Made by a program: the position numbers and the translations under genes. DNA of 63,693 bases from the NCBI GenBank assembly GCA_947589685.1, contig CANQCN010000002.1, forward strand, positions 1 through 63,693. Reading direction: 5' to 3'. Shown here one piece after another: positions 54,182 through 61,700 of this stretch. The stretch's first letter is position 1, and each line of letters starts with the position of its first letter. Under the pieces are notes generated by a model that saw only the letters and a list, made by a program, of their open reading frames with translations, made no database searches and was not told the origin of the DNA. The DNA is from an uncultured Clostridia bacterium. GTDB taxonomy: Bacteria; Bacillota; Clostridia; Christensenellales; CAG-314.

Positions 54182-54556
54182 TTACTTCAATTCCGCTTCG
54201 GCGCCGATCTCCGTCAACTGCTTGACGATAGCTTCGGCAGCGTCCTTGGGTTGAGCTTCTTTCAAGGTCGTGGGAGCGCCCTCGACGGCGTTCTTCGCCT
54301 CGACAAGTCCGAGACCTGTAAGCTCGCGGACGATCTTGATGACGGCGATCTTGTTTGCGGAGCCTACGCTCTTCAAAACAACGTCGAATTCCGTCTTTTC
54401 TTCCGCAGCGGGAGCAGCTGCCGCAGCAGCGCCGCCTGCTACCGCAACAGGGGCGGCAGCGCTTACGCCAAACGCTTCTTCGATCGCGTGTACAAGCTCA
54501 TTGAGTTCCAATACAGAGAGACTGCTGATCTCTTCGATAAATTTCTTTGTATCCAT
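54182..54556 (-). CDS. rplL: 50S ribosomal protein L7/L12
   Basis: Starts [22 protein letters not shown] and contains an Ala-rich hinge and [17 protein letters not shown]. Confidence 0.95.
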   Translation of the reverse strand: MDTKKFIEEISSLSVLELNELVHAIEEAFGVSAAAPVAVAGGAAAAAAPAAEEKTEFDVVLKSVGSANKIAVIKIVRELTGLGLVEAKNAVEGAPTTLKEAQPKDAAEAIVKQLTEIGAEAELK

Positions 54557-54629
54557 TGTGATTTCTCCTTGTTTATTGATAATATTTTTTTGCCTCTCTC
54601 GGGCGAAGGCGTACCGTGTGTGGCGCGTA

Positions 54630-55145
54630 TTACGCCTTCTTTTCCGCGACTGCGTTGAGCGCAACCGCAAGTCCGCGCATAGGTGCGGAGAGGACAGATA
54701 CCAACATTGCAAGCAACGTTTCTCTGCCGGGAACCTTGGACATAGCTTCGCAAGTGGCTGCGTCGGCGAATTTCTTGTCGAACATGCCGCACTTTACCTG
54801 CATCTTGTTGTACTTTTTGACGCCTTCTACCGCAACCTTTGCGGGGGCTACTGCGTCTTGCGTACCGAAAGCAAATGCGCTGGGTCCGTTCAAAGCCTCG
54901 TCAAACTCCGTGTAGCCGAGTTCGTTGAGAGCCTTGCGTACGAGGGTGTTTTTGAGTACCTTGTATTCAACGCCGTTTTTGCGAAATTCGGAACGGAATT
55001 CGGTATCCTGGGCAACCGTCAATCCTTTGTAGTCGATGATTACGAAGGAGTGGCTGTTTTCGATGATAGTCTTTATTTCTTCCACTTGTTCGCGCTTAAT
55101 CTGCTGCGTGGGACTGAGATGTCCGTGATGACGTTCGTGATCCAT
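54630..55145 (-). CDS. rplJ: 50S ribosomal protein L10
   Basis: [39 protein letters not shown] at 55145 after AGGAGG. Confidence 0.9.
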   Translation of the reverse strand: MDHERHHGHLSPTQQIKREQVEEIKTIIENSHSFVIIDYKGLTVAQDTEFRSEFRKNGVEYKVLKNTLVRKALNELGYTEFDEALNGPSAFAFGTQDAVAPAKVAVEGVKKYNKMQVKCGMFDKKFADAATCEAMSKVPGRETLLAMLVSVLSAPMRGLAVALNAVAEKKA

Positions 55146-55320
55146 TTTGTTTCCTCCTGTTAAATTTTTTCGTACTCCATATCGACTTGCAGATGGAGCA
55201 ATACAAAACCCTTGCACCGTAAGGTACAAGGGCAGGAGTCTGTACAGACTTGTCAACCTTTTCGTGTACCTCGGCAAGATTTACTGTTACTTGCTGTCTT
55301 TGGAACGGTGGGGTCGTATT
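55146..55320 (-). promoter_or_regulatory. Probable L10 (rplJL) leader with an attenuator hairpin
   Basis: On the minus strand, GCCCUUGUACC-UUA-CGGUGCAAGGG plus UUUU (55205-55233) lies between rplA and rplJ. This fits the Firmicute L10-leader attenuation arrangement. Confidence 0.45.
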
Positions 55321-55339
55321 AAATTGATGGTTTCAAGGC

Positions 55340-56017
55340 TTACTTGTAGCTTACCTTGACGCCGGGTCCCATTGTGGACGCGATAGCGACCGATTTGAGA
55401 TATGTTCCCTTGGCTGCCGCGGGCTTTGCCTTGATGATGGCGTCCATAATGGTCGTGGCGTTTTCCGTAAGTTTTTCCGTGCCGAAAGACTTTTTGCCGA
55501 AAATGACGTGGCAGATGGCTTGTTTGTCCACGCGATATTCGACTTTACCTGCCTTGACGTCGGAAATAGCCTTGGCTACGTCCATAGTGACTGTTCCGCT
55601 CTTGGGGTTGGGCATCAATCCCTTGGGACCGAGTACTCTACCCATACGACCTACAAGACCCATCATATCGGGAGTTGTAATCATTACGTCAAAGTCAAAC
55701 CAATTTTCTTTTTGTATCTTGTCGATGTATTCTTCCGCACCGACGTAATCTGCGCCCGCAGCGGTGGCTTCGTCGGCTTTTGCGCCCTTGGCGATGACCA
55801 ACACGCGCACGGTTTTGCCCGTTCCGTTGGGAAGCACCACCACGCCGCGGACCTGTTGGTCGGCATGACGGGGGTCTACTCCCAATTTTACGTGCAGCTC
55901 CATTGTTTCGTCAAACTTGGCGGGAGCAATCTTTACCGCAAGGTCGATCGCTTCGGCAAGGTCGTATTGCTTTGTTCTGTCGATTTGTTTCAAAGCGTCG
56001 GTATATTTCTTTCCCAT
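55340..56017 (-). CDS. rplA: 50S ribosomal protein L1
   Basis: [35 protein letters not shown]. Confidence 0.95.
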   Translation of the reverse strand: MGKKYTDALKQIDRTKQYDLAEAIDLAVKIAPAKFDETMELHVKLGVDPRHADQQVRGVVVLPNGTGKTVRVLVIAKGAKADEATAAGADYVGAEEYIDKIQKENWFDFDVMITTPDMMGLVGRMGRVLGPKGLMPNPKSGTVTMDVAKAISDVKAGKVEYRVDKQAICHVIFGKKSFGTEKLTENATTIMDAIIKAKPAAAKGTYLKSVAIASTMGPGVKVSYK

Positions 56018-56029
56018 TGCGCACCTCCG

Positions 56030-56455
56030 TCAGTCTACAACGGTCACGCCCATAGAACGGGCGGTACCTGCGATCATAGAGCATGCCGCTTCGAGAGTTG
56101 CCGCATTGAGGTCAACCATTTTGAGCTTTGCAATTTCTTCGATCTGAGCCTTTGTGATCTTTGCCACTTTCGTTTTGTTGGGCGCCGCGCTGCCGCTTTC
56201 GATACCGCATGCCTTTTTGATAAGCACGGGTGCGGGGGGCGTCTTTAACACAAACGTGAAGCTGTGATCCTGATAAATCGTTACGATAACGGGAATGATG
56301 AGTCCCGCTTTGTCTGCCGTCTTTGCGTTGAAGTCCTTGGTAAAACCGGGAATGTTGATCCCGTGAGGACCGAGCGCAGAGCCTACCGGGGGAGCCGGTG
56401 TGGCTTTGCCGGCAGGAAGTTGCAGTTTTACGACCGCTGTTACTTTCTTTGCCAT
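56030..56455 (-). CDS. rplK: 50S ribosomal protein L11
   Basis: [35 protein letters not shown]. Confidence 0.95.
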   Translation of the reverse strand: MAKKVTAVVKLQLPAGKATPAPPVGSALGPHGINIPGFTKDFNAKTADKAGLIIPVIVTIYQDHSFTFVLKTPPAPVLIKKACGIESGSAAPNKTKVAKITKAQIEEIAKLKMVDLNAATLEAACSMIAGTARSMGVTVVD

Positions 56456-56548
56456 TGTGATTTCCTCCTGTTCGTGGTTCAGCGAAGCGACGGATAGATT
56501 TTTTGCCGCTTCTCCCATATGCACTGTTACGCCGTGCGCGCGAAAAAA

Positions 56549-57103
56549 CTAATCCTCATCCACTACCGTAGTTGTGGGATTGGAGATCTTTTCCAACTGA
56601 ATAAAGTCCATATCCACCGCCGTTTCGCGACCGAACATATTCAGCACCACTTGCGCCTTTTGGTGGGGTGCGTCGACGCTCTTTATCACGCCGACCAACC
56701 CTTCGAAAGGACCGGCAATGACCTTGACGCTGTCGCCGACCGTCATAGAGAAGTCCACCACGGGATCTTCCAGGCGAAGGCGCTTGACTTCGTCCTCGGT
56801 AAGAGGCCACGCCTTGCCGTTGGGACCGACGAAACCCGTTACGCCGCGGGTGTTGGTGAGCATGAACCAAAGCTGCGAAGAATAGACAAGCTTTATGAAC
56901 ACATATCCGGGCATTACCTTGGCTTCGTAGGCTTTCAACTTGCCGTTGCGGTCCTCGATGAGCGTTTCGGTGGGGATCTTGGTATCCAGGATAACGTCCT
57001 GCAAATTGCCGTTTTCCACCATTTGCTCAATGGACTTTTTTACCAGACTTTCGTAGCCCGAATAGGTGTGCAAAATATACCACTTTGCTTCGTTTGATGC
57101 CAT
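56549..57103 (-). CDS. nusG: Transcription termination/antitermination factor NusG
   Basis: KWYILHTYSGYE and the KOW motif GDSVKVIAGPFEGLVGVI. ATG at 57103 after GGAG. Confidence 0.93.
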   Translation of the reverse strand: MASNEAKWYILHTYSGYESLVKKSIEQMVENGNLQDVILDTKIPTETLIEDRNGKLKAYEAKVMPGYVFIKLVYSSQLWFMLTNTRGVTGFVGPNGKAWPLTEDEVKRLRLEDPVVDFSMTVGDSVKVIAGPFEGLVGVIKSVDAPHQKAQVVLNMFGRETAVDMDFIQLEKISNPTTTVVDED

Positions 57104-57118
57104 TTGTATCTCCAAACG

Positions 57119-57370
57119 TCAGCTGTTCCAGGGCCATACCCAACGGTGACCCGCACCGGGAAGGGTGATGAACAGATTGGCGAACAACATATCCGCGATC
57201 AAAATGATGACGCCGAACACCAAAGTGATGAGCAAAACAATACCGAGGTTTTTAAGCACGGTCTTGAATGTGGGCCAGGTTACCTTTTTAAGCTCGGACC
57301 AGCTCTTCACAAAGAAGGAACCAAGACGTTTGAAAACGTTGGGTCTTTTTGCTTTTTGTTGTGCAGCCAT
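57119..57370 (-). CDS. secE: Preprotein translocase subunit SecE
   Basis: FFVKSWSELKKVTWPT followed by one TM helix. Located between rpmG and nusG. Confidence 0.85.
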   Translation of the reverse strand: MAAQQKAKRPNVFKRLGSFFVKSWSELKKVTWPTFKTVLKNLGIVLLITLVFGVIILIADMLFANLFITLPGAGHRWVWPWNS

Positions 57371-57382
57371 ATGACTATCTCC

Positions 57383-57550
57383 TTACTTAGCTTCTCTGTG
57401 AACGGTATGCTTTTTGCAAAATCTGCAATACTTGTTGCGTTCCAATCTGTCGGTGGTATTTTTGCTGTTTTTGAAAGTGTCGTAGTTGCGTTGTTTGCAC
57501 TCGCTGCACGCAAGCACAACCTTGACTCTGTTACCTTTCTTCGCTGCCAT
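57383..57550 (-). CDS. rpmG: 50S ribosomal protein L33
   Basis: [55 protein letters not shown]. Confidence 0.92.
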   Translation of the reverse strand: MAAKKGNRVKVVLACSECKQRNYDTFKNSKNTTDRLERNKYCRFCKKHTVHREAK

Positions 57551-57816
57551 AATTTTCTCCTGTTTGTGTCGCAACGATAAAAAATTGCGCACGCAAAAAA
57601 TTACACCCCATTCAGAAGTGCAAGAGTATGATAACATACGTAAAGAATATTGTCAACTAAAATGTCGTCGTTTCCCGCAAAAAATGTGAAAAATTGCGCG
57701 CTTGCGCCGATGATCGCCGCTTGCGAATTTCAAAAAATCGGGTATTGACATTTGAAGTTACATATATTAAAATATATATCCACCTTTAATAATATCCAAG
57801 AGGAGATTGACCCGAT

Positions 57817-58230
57817 ATGACAGACTACAAAGCATTGGTAAAAGAAGCTTACGAGGCGCAAAAGCGCGCTTACTGTCCCTACTCTCATTGGTCGGTCGGC
57901 GCGGCTTTGCTGACAAAAAGCGGAAAAATTTATCGCGGATGCAACATCGAAAACAACACGTTTACCCCCACCGTGTGCGCCGAACGCGTGGCGATATTCA
58001 AAGCGGTATCGGAGGGCGAACGAGACTTTGCCGCAATTGCCATAGTAGGCAACGACGTTAACACCGAGATAGGCAAGGGGGACGTGTGCCCACCCTGCGG
58101 CGTGTGCAGACAAGTTATGGCGGAATTTTGCCCGCAGCAATTTGAGATAATTCTCGGCAAAAGCTACGACGAATACGAGGTGTACACCTTGGCGGAATTG
58201 ATGCCAAAGGTGAGCTTGCCATTAAAATAA
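57817..58230 (+). CDS. cdd: Cytidine deaminase
   Basis: CAERVAIFKAVSEG and PCGVCRQVMAEF zinc-ligand motifs. 137 aa. Confidence 0.9.
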   Translation: MTDYKALVKEAYEAQKRAYCPYSHWSVGAALLTKSGKIYRGCNIENNTFTPTVCAERVAIFKAVSEGERDFAAIAIVGNDVNTEIGKGDVCPPCGVCRQVMAEFCPQQFEIILGKSYDEYEVYTLAELMPKVSLPLK

Positions 58231-58585
58231 GCCGACTCGTACATTCGGTGAAAAAGGGCTTCACGACGGGCGCCGTACAAATCAATTTTGTGCGGTGACC
58301 TTTTTTTGTTGATTTTACGGCGCGCGGGTATTCCGCGCAAAAAGGCTTCGCTTCGGGCGTCGCACATTTTAGTCAAACACAAATAGACTTGTGCGCCACC
58401 CTCGTTGCAGATTATTTTGCGTTGGAACACCCTTGCGCCTTGTGTATTGGGTCAATCAAAAGCAATATTTTTTATCAAAAAGCTTTATTTGTGCGGCACC
58501 CTTGTTGCAGATTATTTTTCATCGAATACTCTCACTTGGGTGTCACAAGGTCCCCGACCGCCCACCCCTATTCGCAGATATGAAG
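58231..58585 (-). repeat. SIR copy 5 (module A fragment plus tandemly duplicated module B), minus strand
   Basis: The reverse complement carries GCGAATAGGGGTGGG (58561-58575, identical to 127-141). It also has two AAATAATCTGCAAC boxes exactly 100 nt apart (58399-58419 and 58499-58519). Two GAAGCCNTTTTNCNCNGAAT submodules lie at 58235-58265 and 58320-58350. Confidence 0.75.
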
Positions 58586-58732
58586 TATGCAACTGAAAAA
58601 AATTATTTCGAGTATATGATCGACCTTTATATAGAGCTTTTTTATGCACTTTTGCCGCAAGCGACGTTAAAAGTCAAGACTTTGCACCACTTTGCCAATA
58701 TGCACATATGAGCAAGTGCGATATGTTCAAAT

Positions 58733-58770
58733 GCGTAAAAGTAAAGCGCCCGCTTGGAGTGCAGGCGCTT
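58733..58770 (-). terminator. Terminator after the giant ORF
   Basis: On the minus strand, AAGCGCCTGC...GCGGGCGCTT is followed by TTTACTTTTAC. Confidence 0.55.
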
Positions 58771-58789
58771 TGATTTTGTGAATATCGGA

Positions 58790-61700
58790 TCAGACGGTGT
58801 AGCCATCTGCCCAAACGTTGGGGTTTTTCCACATTTGTTTCAAGTCGGAAGTAAAGTACCAAGCGGTACCGTATCCCGGCGTTGTGTGGTCGAGGTCGAA
58901 ATTGATATGTACAATACTGATTATGTTCAGTCCGCCACACAATCTTTTCAGCTTGATTGCTGCCAACTTGTCGGCTTTATACTCATAACGACCGGTTTCT
59001 TTGTTAAACCACATCAACCCTTCAAAACTGCCAGAATGATGGATCTTAACATCCAACGTACCCAATGCACTGGAAATGGGACTCAAATTGGCTTTGATCT
59101 CGAACTGTTTGTATCCAGCGACCGCATTACCTTTGTTGTCGGTGGCGTCGCCGTAGTTGTAGGACTCGCCCGTATCCAGAATATCCTCTATACCGTAGTC
59201 CACACCGAACACCTTAGCATTGGGATCGTTGATCTTGTCGATTATCAGATTTTCAATAGTGCTTTCAAAGTTGAGCAATTCGAACAGATACCTTTTGTTT
59301 TGTATCAAGTTGTCGAGAAATACTTCCGGTGAGATGTTCGTCTCGTTATATGCGTATTTCATATCAAAGTCCGAGTCCAACTTGTTATCCACAGGCTTGA
59401 TTTTCTTTGCGCCGCAATTATTGCAATCGTACTTAAACGTAAAGTCAAATCTATACTTAATGTTTGTAGAGCCGCATTGCGGACATCTGTTGTTCAACCG
59501 CGAATCCCTATAAATATTAAATACGGGATTTCCTCCGTTTGTAGCAAATGTTAAGTATGAGTTGCCGCCTTTGTCTTCAAATACGTTTTTGTCCGGTCGT
59601 ACCAATCGTACTGCGAAGTAACTGTCGCCATGTTCGTCTATATCGGCATACATTGTCATGTCTATATCAACGTTGTATATAGACAATATGTCGATATGCA
59701 GAGTACCCTTTATTTCAAACGACCTTCTGCCGCTTGTATCCTCGTTACCTGCGGTTATCACAAGCGCGGCGGCAAGTTCGTAGATGCTGTCCATATCCAT
59801 ATGGTTGCCCATATTGTGACCGCTTACGTTGTACTTGTTGAAGTTTTCCGCTGTGCTTGGGCTGCCCGTAGCGTCGCCGTTCGTGTCATTGTCCGCGAGG
59901 TATGCGTTGATACATTGATCGACGTAGTCGTACGTGCGCGTGTCGGCGGTAGAGTCTTCGCCCTTGTCGCCGTGGAAAGGCGAGGCGGTGACGCTTACGT
60001 TGTTGAGGTCTATCGATATGCCGTCGTAGGACAATTTCAGATTGTTGACGAGAAGTCCGTTGCCGACGGGATTGCCGTTAGTTGTGTTGTTTATGCAGGG
60101 TTGTACGTCGAGGTTGATGTCGCCCAGCTTGTCGCTAAACGCCGAACCGCGCAACGCAATGTCGAAATTGTTGGGATAACCGCCGTAAGAAACGGACTTG
60201 ATGAGCCGCGCCACGCGTCCCAACTGCAACTTGGGCATGTTGCTCTGCGCTTCCGAGATCATACTTTGGACGCTGTCGACAAGCTTGCCGATAGCTCCGT
60301 TCAATACGCTGTCCAACGCGTCTTTGAGACCTATCACATCCTGCAACGAATCGAGGTTCAACGTAGCGCGAAGCACACCGTCGCGATTGCTGCTTGTGTC
60401 GTAGCTGACGTACAAACGCGACTTGGGCTTGACTGTCATCTTGTTGCCCTCGTAGACGGTCTGCTGCGTGCGCAGCAACGCCACGTCGAGAATGACCATC
60501 TCGTTGTAGTTGCTTTCGCCGTTGGCTTTCTTCAACAGCGTGAACTTTGCCCTGAGTTGCAACGAATTGAGCAGGTCGAACAGCATTGCGTAACCCTCTT
60601 GTTTGTCCTTCTTGAAGGTGTCGATGAGGGTGTTCATACTGAATACCGTATCCGATTTGTTGAAGTAGAACGCAATGTAAGAGCCGCTCTGTATGCGATA
60701 GCTGTCGGTGACGGAGACGCCTTGCTCGTTTTTCGAGGTTATGTTGATCTCCGATGTCGTTTCGGTTTCTTTGTTATCCGTAAAGTCGAACCGCCAGGCG
60801 TTGGTGTTGACAAGGTCGTAGATGACGCCGCTTTCGGTCGTGTTGAGTTCGCCGTCCGTGCGACCGTAGAACAAGTCGTCGAGTACGCCGTCCAGCGACA
60901 CGTAGGAAGCTCCATTCTTCGTTATGTCTTCGTCGATGTCCTTTGCAAAATCGCTATGCGCGTCCGCCACGCCGTCTTTCAACGTCAATGTCGTGCCGTC
61001 GAATATGCTGCTTATGTCGATGTCGGCGGTAAGCTTGCTGTTGCTCAACAACGCTTCTACGCCAAAGCCCATTGCGTTCAATGTTACGCCGACGCCCTTT
61101 TCGCCGTGAACAAAGCGAAGAGATCTGAGTATTTCCGCAAGGTCGAACCCGTCGCCGAACAGGTTGGGAAGGTCGAAATTGTTGCCCTCCTTGGCTACAC
61201 GGTTGACTATCTTCTGCACCTCGTTGACAAGCTTGCCGATCTCGCTTATGTTGACGGACGTGCGGGCGTTTTCGTGGTTGGATATCCACAGCTTGTTGAG
61301 CCCTATGTCGTATTTGACAAATAGCTTGTACATCGCCTTGTCCGTTGCCTCGTTACGCTCGTCTTGCGAATCGATCCGGACATACACCGCTTTTTTGTCG
61401 AGGTCGACGCGGACGTGAACTGTGTTGGTTACGCCCGAATCGTCATTGACGGAAATGTCGAGGTTGGTGGTCCAATCTTCATCGTCCGACGGAGCGACGA
61501 AACCGTCGTTGGCAGAAACGGTAAGCTTGTTTATTTCAAGCGCGATATTTTTGTACGCAAACCCGTTGAGAACAAGCGTCAAACCGTTGTTATCCGACGT
61601 GGGCTGCACCGTTGCGGTGATCTCCGGAACGGTCCAATCGCTGCCGTCTACTTTTAACGTCAATGCGCCCTCGTTGACGGAGAGCTGCAAGCCGTTGCCG

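Noticed and set aside
58399-58519. Possible mini-CRISPR array (two nearly identical 21-28-nt boxes)
   Set aside because: There are only two copies, the spacing of about 80 nt is far longer than CRISPR spacers, and no cas genes are in the window. The box also occurs singly at 24301 and 48404 as part of the SIR element.
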